From the NCBI RefSeq assembly GCF_054482525.1, contig NZ_CM137006.1: a DNA stretch of 64,000 bases; one strand, 5' to 3'. The position numbers and the translations under genes were made by a program. Of the stretch, positions 35,884 to 49,425 are shown in pieces. Position 1 is the stretch's first letter. The number at the start of each line of letters is the position of its first letter. Under the pieces are notes generated by a model. It was not told the origin of the DNA and searched no databases. It saw only the letters and a program-made list of their open reading frames with translations.

Positions 35884-37731
35884 TTACCTGATTAATTGTT
35901 CCGCTTTCGATACGATTTGCGAGCTGGATCGCGCAGGCAGATCATAATTGTAAATATCTGTACGATACTGGGTACGACCATCTGCACCAACAAAGGCAGT
36001 CAGGTAGTAGAGATTCACCGGAATCGACTGCCGAATATTGACGTAACGCGTATCGCCCTGCTTCAGCGCATCAGAAATACGTTTGTCATTCCATCCTGCA
36101 TCCTGCAACAGCATATTCGCCAGATCGGAAGCTTTATTCACTCGTACACAGCCTGAGCTCAATGCGCGTGTATCACGCTTGAACAGATTGTGGTTCGGCG
36201 TGTCATGCAAATAAATGGCCTCTGAACTCGGCATATTGAATTTATAGCGCCCCAGCGAGTTCCGTGGGCCTGGAGCCTGCTGGAAGCGAAACGGTAAATT
36301 CGAGGCCGTGATTGTAGACCAGTCAACCTGCCATGGGTCAATCGCTTCTCTGCTGTTCCAGCCGCGCATCACCGTATAGCCATGGCTTTCGAGATATCCC
36401 GGATCGTTGCGCACTTTCGGCAGAATATCTTTACGTGCCAGAGTTGGTGGTACGTTCCACGGCGGGTTTACCACTACGTTGTTAAGTGCACTGCTCATCA
36501 TCGGCGTTTTGCGATCGGGGCGACCGACAATGACTCGCGAATCCAGCACCTGATTGCCGTTCTGATAGTAGACCAGCGAATAGGCCGGAATGTTAACCAT
36601 GATCCCGGTAGAAAGCTCTGTTGGCAGCAAGCGCAATCGCTGGATGTTGAGTGCCAACACGCCAGCACGCTGGGCGGGCGTTACGTTTAACCAGTCACGC
36701 GTTGCCGGGCCAATAGCGCCATCTGCTCCCAATCCTTGCCATGCCTGAAAACGTTTAACGGCTTCCACCAGTTCATTATCGTAGGCGGCACGAACGGCAG
36801 GCGCAGGTTTACTACGAGACGTCGTTTGCTTGTCCATCGGCTTAGTTTCTGCTGTTTCAACAGTAACAGCGGATGGGCTGACTACCGTGTCAGTTGGCGT
36901 GTCATCGCCAGGTAGAGTAATTTTCGGCCCCCCGTCCAACATGCCTGTGCGTTGCAATATTTCGCGCAACGCCGGTACGTCGTTACTCCACTGCCCTGGG
37001 CGCAACGTTGCTTTACCGGTCAGTTGAGGCCACGGTTTGGTGTCACTGAGTAAGGCCAGTAACGATTCATGCATCGCCGCATATTGCGGATGCTGCGGTG
37101 CCAGTCCTGCAACAAACGTCGGCAATTGACCTTTATCCAGCGCCAGCTGCCATTGGTTAATCACCGAAAGCGGCGGCGTTGCAAGCGCATAAGGTTTACT
37201 GCTATATAGCCAGCGAGTGCCTTTGACCGGAATATTTGCAATGAAATGGAGATAGCCCATCATCGCATCAGAGAGCACGACGTCGCGTGCCATCCCGTTA
37301 ACACCAGGATCGGTCAGTAACTCTACCCATTTATTAAACTGCGGCTGGAAACCGGCAATCGCCACCTCGGCCAGCTGTTGCTGGAAGGCTTTAACAGCAT
37401 CACGGTTTTCCCACATGGGTTGCATATCGCGTGCGGCATACAACAGTTGAAGCTGGTTAAGATAAACCGGCTTGTAACCTGCGGGTAATTGAGATTCGAT
37501 TTGCGTGCGGGCTTTTTCTGCCGCACCTTCAGGCAATGGCTGGATCCCCGCCATTATTGCCGTGGCTTGCGCCTGCGGCAGTGCCTCGCCCTGTTCACTG
37601 ACAGCCACCGGGCTGTCGCCAGGGATTACTTCAGGCTCATCGGCCTGCGCATTGAACAGTGGAGCGAATGTTACGGCCAGGCACAAACTGATTGCCGACA
37701 GCCGACGACCACACATCATATTAAGCAACAT
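35884..37731 (-). CDS. ldtD: L,D-transpeptidase LdtD (YcbB)
   Basis: ORF track, 615 aa; YkuD-type catalytic motif [23 protein letters not shown]. Confidence 0.9.
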   Translation of the reverse strand: MLLNMMCGRRLSAISLCLAVTFAPLFNAQADEPEVIPGDSPVAVSEQGEALPQAQATAIMAGIQPLPEGAAEKARTQIESQLPAGYKPVYLNQLQLLYAARDMQPMWENRDAVKAFQQQLAEVAIAGFQPQFNKWVELLTDPGVNGMARDVVLSDAMMGYLHFIANIPVKGTRWLYSSKPYALATPPLSVINQWQLALDKGQLPTFVAGLAPQHPQYAAMHESLLALLSDTKPWPQLTGKATLRPGQWSNDVPALREILQRTGMLDGGPKITLPGDDTPTDTVVSPSAVTVETAETKPMDKQTTSRSKPAPAVRAAYDNELVEAVKRFQAWQGLGADGAIGPATRDWLNVTPAQRAGVLALNIQRLRLLPTELSTGIMVNIPAYSLVYYQNGNQVLDSRVIVGRPDRKTPMMSSALNNVVVNPPWNVPPTLARKDILPKVRNDPGYLESHGYTVMRGWNSREAIDPWQVDWSTITASNLPFRFQQAPGPRNSLGRYKFNMPSSEAIYLHDTPNHNLFKRDTRALSSGCVRVNKASDLANMLLQDAGWNDKRISDALKQGDTRYVNIRQSIPVNLYYLTAFVGADGRTQYRTDIYNYDLPARSSSQIVSKAEQLIR

Positions 37732-37991
37732 CCCTTGCCCCCTGTTTTTATCATACTCTGAATAGCCAGGCTGTTATTTTACGACTTGCCTGTACAACGC
37801 CAATACTCACGAAAGTATGACGAGCAAGCCTGTTACTCATCAGGCTTATCTTCAGTATATAAACGCCGATACGTTTTTACATAACCTAATGTAAAGAAGT
37901 TTAAAGAAAAGCGCGCCGTAATGTGCCACTTTTTTAGTGCAGAAACGGAGTTTTCGGAAAAAGAAAAGGCGGCATTGCTGCCGCCTTCATT

Positions 37992-40900
37992 TTAACTCGC
38001 CTGGGAAGGCGCTTCGTCACTTCCTGGAAGCGTTTCAGGGAGTTGCGGCGCAAATCCTCGCAGGCCGACGACGTGAACGTGTTCGGTATTCTGGAAGACT
38101 TTACGTACCAGTTTATAGGTGGTGCCTTTTTCCGGACTGATATTTTCCGGCGCTGCGATGATGAGCTGCATTTGCAAACGTTCACACAATTCAAACAGCG
38201 TGGCGATAGAACGGGCGTCCAGTCGCGCGGCTTCATCGAGGAACAGCAGGCGGCAAGGAGAGATATCTTTACCGCGCAGGCGGCGAGATTCATCTTCCCA
38301 GCTTTGTACCACCATCACCAGAATCGACATACCGGTACCAATCGCCTCACCGGTCGACAGAGCGCCAGATTCTGCGCGCAGCCAGCCATCGGAACCACGG
38401 TTAACCTCAACTTCCATTTCCAGATAGTTGCGGTAATCCAGCAGTTCTTCGCCAATGGTCTGCGGCGTGCGCTGCCCCATATCAATCTGCGGATTAAGAC
38501 GCTGATACAATTTCGCCAGTGCTTCTGAGAAGGTCAGACGGTTGCTGTTAAACAGATCCTGATGCTGCTCGTGCTGTTCAGAGAGCACATCCAGCAGCAT
38601 GGCGTGCGTTTCACGCACGTTCACGTTGAGGCGCACGCTGTTCACCTGACCAAACGATACGTTCTGCAACCCCTGGTTGAGCATACGGATACGGTTCTGC
38701 TCGCGCTGAATGGTTTTGCGAATGATGTTCGCCACGCTGCGGGAACTGATCGCCAGTTTCTGTTCACGGGAGGTTAATTCTTCGGTCAGACGGCTAAGTT
38801 CGATCTCCATCTGTTCGATAGCTTCCACCGGATCATCGGTACGAATAATATCCTGACGAATACGTTCACGCAGATGCTGATAAACCGCCACGAAGAACTG
38901 AATTTTACGTTCCGGACGTTTTGGATCTTCCGACATCCGCAGCACGTCGCGCAGATGTTCGTTATCCGCCACCGCCAGACGCAGCGCACCTAACGCCTTA
39001 TCCGACATGGAACGCAAATCATCAGCGGAGAGATAAGCCAGCTCACGACGGTGTAAGCGGCGTTCAACGCCGTTATCTTTCACCATGCGCATGACTGCAC
39101 ACCAGCCCGCTTTCGCGGTCACTACCTGCTCGCGCATCTCAAAGTAATCACGCTCCAGCTTGCGCAGTTTGCGGGTCAGGTTGTCCATCTCCGCTTCGCA
39201 GAATGTAAGCGCTTTTTCCAGTTGATTGCGTCGTGAACGGTTATTGCTCAGTTGCGCGTGCAGCTCGTCACGGCGAATACGTGCCCGCTCTTCTGCCCCG
39301 CTATCAGCACGCACGCCGATATCCTGCAATTCACGTTGCAGATCGTTAAGTAGCTCTTTTTTGGTGTCATACGAACTTTTCAGCGAAGCCAGCACCTGGT
39401 TGTACTGACTCAACTGCGCTGCGTGTCCGCGCAACGCTTCACGCGCGCGGGTACGCTCCGCTTCCGCCTGTTCCAGACGTTCACGCAGTTTTTCGTTGAG
39501 ATCGCTGTTACCGCTAAGCATTTCTGCCGAGTCAGAGTAGCTAAAGTGCGCACGACGCTGCACCACTTCCGTCAGGGCAAACGCCTGCTGACGGGCATCG
39601 CGCTGCATCTGCTGAGAGTACGCGTACTCTTCTTTTAACTGTTCGAACTGTTCCGGGTCGCTCTGCAATACCGAAACGATCGGTTCCAGTTTCGCCAGTT
39701 GATTACCGAACTGCTGAACAAAACGCGCGGCTTCCTGGGCTTCATCCAGACGTTCGCGGATTTCATCGACGCGATCTGCCAGGCTGTCATCAGCCAACAG
39801 GTTGAGACGCGGCAGAATGCGGTTCAGCGCCGTAACGCCCTCTTTCGCCTGCTCAAATTGAATACGCTGCTGCTGGTTATCATTTTCATGATTACTCAGC
39901 GCCCGCTCCAGTTCGACGCGACGGCTGTTCAGTTGACGGATTTCTGCTTCCGGGTCAGACTCAAACGCCACCGCCAGATGACTACCGATAAAGCGGCTGA
40001 ACGCCTGATGCAGACGCTGGGTTTTCTGTACATCAAAGGAGAGCGTGGCGAAGCGTTCGGAAAGCACTTCACGCTCGGCATGGAGGCTTTCAATACGGCT
40101 TTCACGCGCAGCACGACCAAACAGCGGCACTTCCGGGAAACGTGAATAACGCCACTGACGATCGGCGATTTTCACCACCACCGCTTTTTCCAGCTCATCA
40201 ACGCTGAACACGCTGTCATCGAATGACTGCGGATCCCCTTCGATCAGATAGAGATCTTCCGGGCAATCGGTCAAGCCTTCCAGGTGTTCGGTTACCTGTG
40301 ACAGATCTGGCACCACGATGGCGTGGCGGGACGGGCCATACAGCGCCGAGAAGTACGGCGCATCTTCCAGGCTAACGTCGTCATAAATTTCGGACAGCAG
40401 CACGCCGCCAAAACGCTCCGCCAGCGCATTCAAACGCTGGTCTTCAGAACCACCTGGCTGGCTTAAACGTTCGATCTCTTCATCGACGGCGTTTTTGCGC
40501 GCGCCTACTTCATCGCGTTCAACAATGGCTTCGCGCTCACGCTCCAGCAACTGTTGCAGATATTCGGTGACATCCTGGCTAGAGGAGAACTCTTCGCCGC
40601 ACTGTTCGCTCAACTGGTTGAGGCTGTTTTGCGCAGCCAGCCAAACCGGCGCACGCTGCATCAAACTCTGAATGCGAGACTGCAGCTGTTCCTGCTCCTG
40701 ACGCAGTGCCATACGCTCTTCGCGGGCGTTAGACACGCTATCGGAAAGAGAGGCAATGCGCGCTTCCAGCTCCTGATGCAGAGCTTCCAGTTCATCAATA
40801 TCAAAATTCTTGCCCTGACGTTTGCAGAAATCTGCCAGCAGGCGTTCGGCTTCTTGCTGCTCGCGCAGACGCTGTTCCAGTTCGCTTAAGCGCATCCGCA

Positions 40901-42452
40901 ACGGTTGAACCTGCTCTGCCAGGTGACGCTGATCGACCCCTTCGCGCAGCAGTTCGCGAGCGACATCCCACGCCTCGTTACGCGCCAGCGGGCCGTTGAT
41001 TGCCACCACCAGCTGATAAGCCTGCTCAAACTGGCTGTGCGCGGTTTGCGCCATGCTCATTTTCTGCTCAAGAGAGAGCATTTTTTCAGTCGCTTCCAGC
41101 TCTTTCGCCTGGAAGGTTTCCAGCCATTCGGCGGCGCTGTCGGCGGTTAAGTCCGGCAGATGGCACAGTTCTTTGGCACGATTAAGCGCAGCAATCGCCT
41201 GGTTATACTGGATCGCGCGCGTTTGCTGGACGTCCAGCGCCTGCTGATAGTCAGCAAGCTGGCTTTTCAGCTCGTCCACTTCCAGTTCGGCAGCTTCCGC
41301 ACGAGCCTCGTTCTCTTCCTGGCGTTCGATGGCTTCTGCCACCACTTCGTTTTGCTCTTCCAGACGGATCTGCAGCTCATCGAGATCCGCTTCGTAACGT
41401 TCGATCTTCTCCTGCTGACGCAGTGCGGTTTGCACCAGGTTCAGGTGATCGCTGGCTGCCTGATAATCCGCTTCCAGATCGCCTTCGGCACCGTTGTGCT
41501 CTGCCAGCTCACGCGCCATATCGACGTGTTTGTACTGCTCAGCCGCCAGTTGCTGACGCGAAGTATGTAGCTCGCGACGAAACTCCAGGGCTTTGTCGAG
41601 ATGGACACGGCGCTCGTTGGCGTGACGCATGTAGTCCGCCGCCACGTAGTTGGTAGCTTCGCTGATCAGATGCTTAAACAGGTCACGGTCCGACTGGGTG
41701 ACACGAATCGCTTCCAGCGTCATGCGGTTTTCACGCAGCGCCGCTTCCATGTCCTGGAACGCTTTACGCACGCCGCTGTTTTCCGGCAACAGGTAGTCGC
41801 GCAGAGAACGGGTAATGGCACTGGAGATCCCGCCATACAGCGAAGCTTCGATCAGACGATAGAATTTGCTACGGTCAGATGCGGAGCGCAGACGACGCGC
41901 GATGATGCCCAGATCGAACATCAGCGAGTGGTAATCGGTAATGGAGTTGAACTGTTTAAACTGCACGCCTTCCATCGCCTCGAGCTTGTCTTTCAGCTCG
42001 TTAAGCGGCAGCACGCGCGCCTGGCGTTCGTTCAGAGTTTCGGTCACCAGCTGTGTCGGCTGCACCGACATCGGCAGTCCCTGAATGGCAAATGGTTTGA
42101 TATCCACTTTACGATCGCGTCCGGCAACCTGTTGCAGACGCACACCGACCACCACGCGCTGGTGGCGCGAGTTAATGGTGTCGAGCATCGAATAACAGAC
42201 ACCCGCTTTCAGCTTACCGTGCAGACCTTTATCACGCGAACCGCTGGTGGCCCCGGCTTCCGTAGTGTTACGGAAATGCAGCAGGGTCAGGTCGGGGATC
42301 AGCGCCGTAACGAACGCCGCCATGGTGGTGGATTTACCCGCCCCGTTACCGCCAGAAAGCGTCGTGACCAGCTCGTCAAGGTCAAAAGTTCGGGCAAAAA
42401 AGCCGTTCCAGTTAATCAGCGTCAGTGAGCGAAATTTACCGCGTTCAATCAT
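37992..42452 (-). CDS. mukB: Chromosome partition condensin MukB
   Basis: ORF track, 1486 aa; N-terminal Walker [10 protein letters not shown], long coiled coils, C-terminal head. Confidence 0.95.
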   Translation of the reverse strand: MIERGKFRSLTLINWNGFFARTFDLDELVTTLSGGNGAGKSTTMAAFVTALIPDLTLLHFRNTTEAGATSGSRDKGLHGKLKAGVCYSMLDTINSRHQRVVVGVRLQQVAGRDRKVDIKPFAIQGLPMSVQPTQLVTETLNERQARVLPLNELKDKLEAMEGVQFKQFNSITDYHSLMFDLGIIARRLRSASDRSKFYRLIEASLYGGISSAITRSLRDYLLPENSGVRKAFQDMEAALRENRMTLEAIRVTQSDRDLFKHLISEATNYVAADYMRHANERRVHLDKALEFRRELHTSRQQLAAEQYKHVDMARELAEHNGAEGDLEADYQAASDHLNLVQTALRQQEKIERYEADLDELQIRLEEQNEVVAEAIERQEENEARAEAAELEVDELKSQLADYQQALDVQQTRAIQYNQAIAALNRAKELCHLPDLTADSAAEWLETFQAKELEATEKMLSLEQKMSMAQTAHSQFEQAYQLVVAINGPLARNEAWDVARELLREGVDQRHLAEQVQPLRMRLSELEQRLREQQEAERLLADFCKRQGKNFDIDELEALHQELEARIASLSDSVSNAREERMALRQEQEQLQSRIQSLMQRAPVWLAAQNSLNQLSEQCGEEFSSSQDVTEYLQQLLEREREAIVERDEVGARKNAVDEEIERLSQPGGSEDQRLNALAERFGGVLLSEIYDDVSLEDAPYFSALYGPSRHAIVVPDLSQVTEHLEGLTDCPEDLYLIEGDPQSFDDSVFSVDELEKAVVVKIADRQWRYSRFPEVPLFGRAARESRIESLHAEREVLSERFATLSFDVQKTQRLHQAFSRFIGSHLAVAFESDPEAEIRQLNSRRVELERALSNHENDNQQQRIQFEQAKEGVTALNRILPRLNLLADDSLADRVDEIRERLDEAQEAARFVQQFGNQLAKLEPIVSVLQSDPEQFEQLKEEYAYSQQMQRDARQQAFALTEVVQRRAHFSYSDSAEMLSGNSDLNEKLRERLEQAEAERTRAREALRGHAAQLSQYNQVLASLKSSYDTKKELLNDLQRELQDIGVRADSGAEERARIRRDELHAQLSNNRSRRNQLEKALTFCEAEMDNLTRKLRKLERDYFEMREQVVTAKAGWCAVMRMVKDNGVERRLHRRELAYLSADDLRSMSDKALGALRLAVADNEHLRDVLRMSEDPKRPERKIQFFVAVYQHLRERIRQDIIRTDDPVEAIEQMEIELSRLTEELTSREQKLAISSRSVANIIRKTIQREQNRIRMLNQGLQNVSFGQVNSVRLNVNVRETHAMLLDVLSEQHEQHQDLFNSNRLTFSEALAKLYQRLNPQIDMGQRTPQTIGEELLDYRNYLEMEVEVNRGSDGWLRAESGALSTGEAIGTGMSILVMVVQSWEDESRRLRGKDISPCRLLFLDEAARLDARSIATLFELCERLQMQLIIAAPENISPEKGTTYKLVRKVFQNTEHVHVVGLRGFAPQLPETLPGSDEAPSQAS

Positions 42453-43156
42453 TATTCTTCCTCTCCGCTATCTGGCTGACTCTCTTCGGTTTCATCGTTG
42501 AGTTGCAGATGATTTTCAATCGGCATTGCTTCGCCATCACGAATCAGGCGACGCTGTGCTTCACGGGGATCGTCGCCAGCACGCACATCGGCTCCGAAGC
42601 GGAACACCGATTCGGTAATGCGGAACTTGCTGCTGTCGTGGCCCATAAACCACACCATGCCCAAACGACGCAGACGGTTGAGCGAAGAACGTACTTTCTC
42701 CTGCAACTTCTGCCGGTCAACGTCTGAACCGGTTGAACGGTTGTTCACCAGTTTCAGCAGTTTCGCTTCATCGGCCAGGGTGAGCAGTTCGTCGTACAGT
42801 TCCTGTTGAGTAAAAATCCCCTCATTCGCCAGCCGTTCCGGGCTGAGATAGAGATAACAGAGGATTTTCCCGACCATCATATCCAGTTCCGACAAGACGG
42901 AACGAGGGATCAGCGTGGTGGAACGTGGGCGTAAATAGAAGAACCCTTCCGGTGCACGAATAAGCTCAACGTTATAACGCGCGTAAAACTCTTCCAGATA
43001 TTCCTGAAAATCCATCAGGAATGCATGATTATCCAGTTCGTCGAGGCCAATATGGCGGCCTGAACGTAAGGCGCTATCCAGCGCCGGAAATAACGGATTC
43101 GCCAGCGCCTGCGCCAGCTTAACCGGCATCACTTGTTCAATATTTGTCGATGACAT
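42452..43156 (-). CDS. mukE: Condensin subunit MukE
   Basis: ORF-track 42452..43183 trimmed to [16 protein letters not shown] (234 aa); a later ATG (MPVKLAQ) is also possible; TAATG overlap with mukB start. Confidence 0.85.
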
Positions 43157-44459
43157 GCGCCTGTACCTTGGCTCCGTAATCATTAATCGGCTGCCATTTC
43201 GCTGGCAGTCCGGTGAAATCTGCTTGCGCTACGCCAAGACGTACCGCCTGATCAATAACAATGCGCGCAACGTCAAAGTGACGTGCACGCGGATACTGTG
43301 ACAGATATTCGCGTACCACCAGACCAAGATCCAGCGGCACTTGTCTGGTTTTGTACACGGCAAGTTGTTCTTCGATGATCGCCGCCAGCTGTTCGCGGAT
43401 CTCGTTAAACTCTTCGTATTCCAGATCCTCAGGAAGTTCCCCAGTCACTTCTTCATCGCGCAGTGCCATCTCTTCGTCACGCATATCCAGCAGACGATCG
43501 GCATTGGCATAAGTTAGCGCCCACGGCTCATCAAAATAGGTTTGTACCGACTGACGTAACCGCTGAGCAAAGACACGGTTTTTATCCATATCGATAGCGG
43601 TACGGATAAATTTATGTACGTGGCGGTCGTAGCCAATCCACAAATCGATGGATTGCTGGCCCCAGCTGATAATACGGTCAAGTTTGCTCTGCAGATCGAA
43701 TACCAGACGATCGACAAAATGCAGATCGTCATGGGTCATCGTCGCATCCTGAATGCGCAACAGATTAGCCTGCAATTTGTCGCCTGCCGCTTCCAGCGTA
43801 TCCTGCAATTCACGCAGCGTTCCGGAAGTTTCCGAAAGCAACAATTCACAGCTGGAGATCGCCGCCCGCCAGTCTTTGTTCAGCAACTGGGCGATATCGT
43901 CCTTCACCTGCTGCTGCTGTTCGTCCATCAGACGTTGCGTCAGGTCGATACTGTCGAAAATTTCTGCTACCGAATATTTCAGTGGCGCATAAACATTACG
44001 GTGCCAGTGAAATTCATCACCGCCCTCTTCGGCGGCATCTGCCGCGCGTTTGAGCTCACCCGCCACAATCGACAACTGCATAGAAAGGCGCAGCGTAGAA
44101 AACTCGCGCTGACGGATGTAATAGTCAGTAATGCCGATGCCGAGCGGCGTCAGACGGTAAATTGCGTTCCCTTCCGCCTGCTCGCTGGTAAAGCGGTTCA
44201 GCAGACGTTGACGCACCATGTCGTTGATCGCGTTGTTGGCGCGCACGCCGATGGTTTCGCTGGTTTGCTCAAACGCATCACTCACATGGCGGAATGCATC
44301 CACCAGCTCGCCTTCACTCATCTCACCATCCAGACGCTCGCCGTTCAGCGTGGCAACCGCCAGCAGAAAAGAGAGTCGGTCTACCGGCAGCGAGATGGAG
44401 AAGTCATTTTTTCTGGCCCAGGCAACCAGTTCGGGGACTGTCTGGGAAAATTCACTCAT
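43137..44459 (-). CDS. mukF: Condensin kleisin subunit MukF
   Basis: ORF track, 440 aa; overlaps mukE start by about 20 nt. Confidence 0.95.
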
Positions 44460-45241
44460 ACTTTATCCTTGCTCTGCGGTTTGCGCGCGGTGACATGAAT
44501 ATAACGCCCCAGGGTAATATACGGTTCCTGACGGCAATAACGCGTTTCTAATTCAAGTAATGCTTCATAGCAGTCGCGCTGCTGGTGCTTCTCGCGCAGA
44601 TAATCATGAAACACGCGAACGCCTGTCTTACCCATAATTTGCCAACCAGCTTCTTCCAGCCACAGATAAACCTGCGCCGGGTCGCGTGGATAATCTGGCG
44701 AAAGCGTCCGTTTTTTCTTTTTCGGCATTCCCGCCTGCACGTAATCAAAATTCCCGGCGACCATGTTATGCATCAGCAAGCCGTGCGCATTGTAGAACAT
44801 TAACGACAACACACCGCCTGGACGCAACACTGACCACAGGGTCTGTAATACGCTGCGGGGATCGGCCACCCACTCGAGCACCGCATGGAACAATATCAGA
44901 TCAACGGGCGTTTCCAAATGCGAAGCAACATCCTGAGCGGCGCAATGTATAAATTGCATGTTGTCGCTCACACCTTTTGCTTCTGCCGCCTGTTTTGCGC
45001 GGTCGATCATCTGCGCAGAAAGATCGCATAAAATGACCTGATGCCCGCGCTCAGCCATTTTGATTGCGGTCTGCCCTTCTCCACCGCCAGCATCCAGCAC
45101 ACGCAGTTTTTGCGGGCCCATTTCCGCCAGCACACGATCGAGATCCTGCCACAGAATAGCCTGTCGAAGCTGCCCTTTGGTGGTGCCGTAAATGTTACGG
45201 GAAAACTTTTCCGCAATATCATCAAAATTGCGATCCTGCAT
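44456..45241 (-). CDS. cmoM: SAM-dependent methyltransferase CmoM (SmtA)
   Basis: ORF-track 44456..45253 (GTG) trimmed to [13 protein letters not shown]; SAM-binding motif VLDAGGGEG; ATGA overlap with mukF start. Confidence 0.9.
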
Positions 45242-45376
45242 TGCTTTCTCCACCGGTTGGCTAAGACGTTTTCTGATAAAGACGCTATTTTGTCACAGCC
45301 ACGGCGAGAATGAACCCGTCTGGTGTAATATCGCTGGCGATCCCTTGCTATATGGTTAAAAAAGGAACCAGAAAGG

Positions 45377-46156
45377 ATGCTTTTTACACTGAAAAAAGTG
45401 ATTGGCAATATGTTGCTGCCACTTCCGCTGATGTTGTTGATTATTGGCGCTGGCCTGGCGCTGCTGTGGTTTAGCCGTTTTCAAAAAACCGGGAAGATTT
45501 TTATTAGCATTGGGTGGCTGGCGCTCTTGTTATTGAGTTTGCAACCGGTAGCCGACCGCCTGCTGCGTCCCATCGAAAGCACCTATCCGACATGGAATAA
45601 TTCGCAAAAAGTGGACTATATCGTGGTGCTCGGAGGTGGTTATACCTGGAACCCGCAGTGGGCACCAAGCTCGAATTTAATCAATAACAGTCTGCCCCGC
45701 CTGAATGAAGGTATTCGCTTATGGCGCGAAAATCCGGGATCAAAACTGATCTTCACGGGAGGCGTAGCAAAAACCAATACGGTGAGTACAGCGGAAGTAG
45801 GTGCCAGAGTTGCGCAATCGCTGGGCGTGCCGCGCGAGCAAATTATCACCCTGGATTTGCCAAAAGATACCGAAGAAGAAGCTGCGGCAGTGAAACAGGC
45901 GATTGGTGACGCCCCTTTCCTGCTGGTGACCTCCGCATCACATCTGCCGCGGGCGATGATCTTTTTTCAGCAGGAAGGGCTAAATCCGCTGCCAGCCCCG
46001 GCGAATCAGTTGGCCATCGACTCGCCGCTTAATCCGTGGGAACGGGCAATCCCTTCTCCGGTTTGGTTGATGCATAGCGATCGTGTTGGCTATGAAACGC
46101 TTGGCCGCATCTGGCAGTGGCTAAAAGGTTCGTCAGGCGAGCCACGGCAAGAGTGA
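45377..46156 (+). CDS. elyC: Envelope biogenesis factor ElyC (YcbC), DUF218 family
   Basis: ORF track, 259 aa; N-terminal TM segments; conserved position. Confidence 0.85.
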   Translation: MLFTLKKVIGNMLLPLPLMLLIIGAGLALLWFSRFQKTGKIFISIGWLALLLLSLQPVADRLLRPIESTYPTWNNSQKVDYIVVLGGGYTWNPQWAPSSNLINNSLPRLNEGIRLWRENPGSKLIFTGGVAKTNTVSTAEVGARVAQSLGVPREQIITLDLPKDTEEEAAAVKQAIGDAPFLLVTSASHLPRAMIFFQQEGLNPLPAPANQLAIDSPLNPWERAIPSPVWLMHSDRVGYETLGRIWQWLKGSSGEPRQE

Positions 46157-47026
46157 TTTTGATGCCAGATCGAAGTTGCGCCGACTAAATCGTCCGGTAT
46201 TAACCAGTTGCGCAACTTCATCCCATAACACATACAACCAACGCCGCCAGATGAATGACTCCGCCACTGGCGCGCGTTGCAGGTAACTCCAGAGCAAATC
46301 TTCCGCCAGAGAATTATCCATTAGTCGGAACAGTTCGTATTCTCGCGGTGCCCAAAGCATTAGTCCCGGCCCGACCATCGCCAGTAACTGATCGCTGCGC
46401 GAATCTTTCAGCATGCTGCGTAAACAGAAGTTACCGTGAATCAGCACACAATTGTCGTTAAAGCCTTCAAATAATGCCGGGAGACATTCGCGAGTACGAA
46501 ACAGGATCCGCTTATCCTGCATCGTTAGACCGGTGTTATTGAACTGATTGAGCGTGGTCCATAGCACTTCAACATGTTGCCGGTACCATGAGGGCCAGAA
46601 ATTTTCCTGAGTATTGTCGACCGCGCCGACGCAACCGCGACTGTCCTGACGGTGCCAGGCCAGTAAGGCTTCAACGATTTGATCTTTGAGTTGTTCCCAA
46701 CGTTCTGGTGTTCGGGCTGGTGCCTCCACCGAAACACCACGCATCCGCTCCAGTAGCAGGACATCGGGGCCGGGGTGTTCTTCATGCGTCATCACACCAT
46801 AAATAGTCGGCATACGGACAGTCCCACTTCTTGCCAGCATGGTGGTTTTCCATGCCAGTTGTCGGGCTTTTCCGGGCGTACTAAAGCTTCTTGCCATTAA
46901 CGGCATTGGGTTTCCCTGGCTGTCATACAAAGCCCACAACGCCGTATCCGCTTTTTCATTGACGCACTCAATACGACTGAGTTTTTCGCCCAGTAAATGG
47001 CTTAATTCGGCACGCAGCTGTTCCAT
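46133..47026 (-). CDS. ycbJ: Kinase-like fold protein YcbJ (aminoglycoside-phosphotransferase-like)
   Basis: ORF track, 297 aa; 24-nt convergent overlap with elyC 3' end. Confidence 0.85.
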   Translation of the reverse strand: MEQLRAELSHLLGEKLSRIECVNEKADTALWALYDSQGNPMPLMARSFSTPGKARQLAWKTTMLARSGTVRMPTIYGVMTHEEHPGPDVLLLERMRGVSVEAPARTPERWEQLKDQIVEALLAWHRQDSRGCVGAVDNTQENFWPSWYRQHVEVLWTTLNQFNNTGLTMQDKRILFRTRECLPALFEGFNDNCVLIHGNFCLRSMLKDSRSDQLLAMVGPGLMLWAPREYELFRLMDNSLAEDLLWSYLQRAPVAESFIWRRWLYVLWDEVAQLVNTGRFSRRNFDLASKSLLPWLA

Positions 47027-47179
47027 TCAGATTACCCTCATAAAAGCTACTGCTTTCATAATGAGCGCCAATATAAAAGATGTCACCTGAATGAGATCAA
47101 TTGTTGAAAAGAAAAATTGAGGAAAATCGTAACGGTACGACACTCCTCCCAAAATTGGCTGGAGTGTCGTGAAGTGAAA

Positions 47180-48105
<926 letters not shown>

Positions 48106-48156
48106 AGTTCCTCCAGATGGATCGGGTTATGAATGCATAAATCTTATCATAATCAT

Positions 48157-49389
48157 TTATGCGACGGGGTCTATTTCCCAGCCGGTGCGGCAATCAGTAA
48201 AGAGGCCTTGCGGGCAGCGTCCTAATGTCACCCGCGTTGCCTGCTGCCAGTTAGCGAAATCAGTAATCGCCTGACGTAACCCTTTTTGCAGCGTTGTCGT
48301 TGGTTTAATGCCTTCCTGTAACCACAGAGAGATAACTTCAAGGATGCCTGTCTGGCGATGCATTTTGGCATCCATTCGCCCAACTAATTGCCCACGATGT
48401 AATAACGGCAGAACAAAATAGCCATACTGGCGTTTCGGCGCTGGGGTATAGCACTCCAGCCGGTAGCTAAAATCAAAAAGCTGCTCTGCGCGTTTACGAT
48501 CCCAGACAACAGGATCAAAAGGCGAAAGTACCGCGCTGTGCGTTGCAGTGAGCTTTCCGGCCAGCGCACGCTCGAGTAGCGGCAGCAAATCAGCATGCAG
48601 CCAAAGATTGCCCAATTTTTCAACATGCACAGCAATGATTTGCCGCTGTTCAGCCCTCGCTTCGCGCCACGCTGCCAGTGCCGGACGTTTCAGCCGATAG
48701 TAATCTGCCAGCCACTGTTCGCGGAATATTCCCAGGCTACGCGCACTGTTATCCAGCATGATGATTTCTGCTTCTGTTTGCGAAACGAGATCGCGCTCAT
48801 CATCCCAGTCAGGCATGACACGGTAGGTTAAATCATAAACGCGCTGGAAGTTGCGCCGTTCAATCACCATCACTTTCCCGGCTGTAAATAAACCTTCCAG
48901 ATGCCGTTTATGCGGCTTCCACTCCCACCAGCCGCTTGCACCTTTACGAGGATGCTCAAAATCGGCTGAACGTACCGGCCCCTTATCATGAATATGCTGA
49001 ATTAACTGTGCAATTTCCGCCGCATGTTCCTGCATCCAGGCGTTTTTGTATTTCCAGCCCATTTTTTCAGGTGCCAGCATGCGGTGGCGAATAAGACGAA
49101 AGTCGCTACGCGGCATAAAGCAGGCTTCATGCGCCCAGTATTCCATTAATTCACCACGCGCCAGAGACTCATCCAGCCATTGCGCAGGATAATTTCCCAG
49201 ACGACTGAAAAGCACCAGATATGGGCTACGGGCAACAATATTGATGGTATCGATTTGCAGCAAGGACATGCGGGAGATCGTTGCCGGAATATCCTCCAAC
49301 GATGCTCGACGGCGGGGTTTGTTTAACAGGCCTTGCGCGGCAAGGTGAAGATTACGCGCATCAGCAAGAGAGAGGTGCGGCAGCGACAT
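48157..49389 (-). CDS. ycaQ: Winged-helix DNA glycosylase-like protein YcaQ
   Basis: ORF track, 410 aa; conserved position upstream of ycaR-kdsB. Confidence 0.85.
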   Translation of the reverse strand: MSLPHLSLADARNLHLAAQGLLNKPRRRASLEDIPATISRMSLLQIDTINIVARSPYLVLFSRLGNYPAQWLDESLARGELMEYWAHEACFMPRSDFRLIRHRMLAPEKMGWKYKNAWMQEHAAEIAQLIQHIHDKGPVRSADFEHPRKGASGWWEWKPHKRHLEGLFTAGKVMVIERRNFQRVYDLTYRVMPDWDDERDLVSQTEAEIIMLDNSARSLGIFREQWLADYYRLKRPALAAWREARAEQRQIIAVHVEKLGNLWLHADLLPLLERALAGKLTATHSAVLSPFDPVVWDRKRAEQLFDFSYRLECYTPAPKRQYGYFVLPLLHRGQLVGRMDAKMHRQTGILEVISLWLQEGIKPTTTLQKGLRQAITDFANWQQATRVTLGRCPQGLFTDCRTGWEIDPVA

Positions 49390-49425
49390 TCATGACTCCA
49401 TCAATCGAACGCTGCCGCGGCGTAA

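Noticed and set aside
38043-42428. Multiple long plus-strand ORFs (up to 275 aa) antisense to mukB
   Set aside because: Shadow ORFs from the codon bias of a long highly expressed gene; the minus-strand frame encodes an uninterrupted 1486-aa MukB
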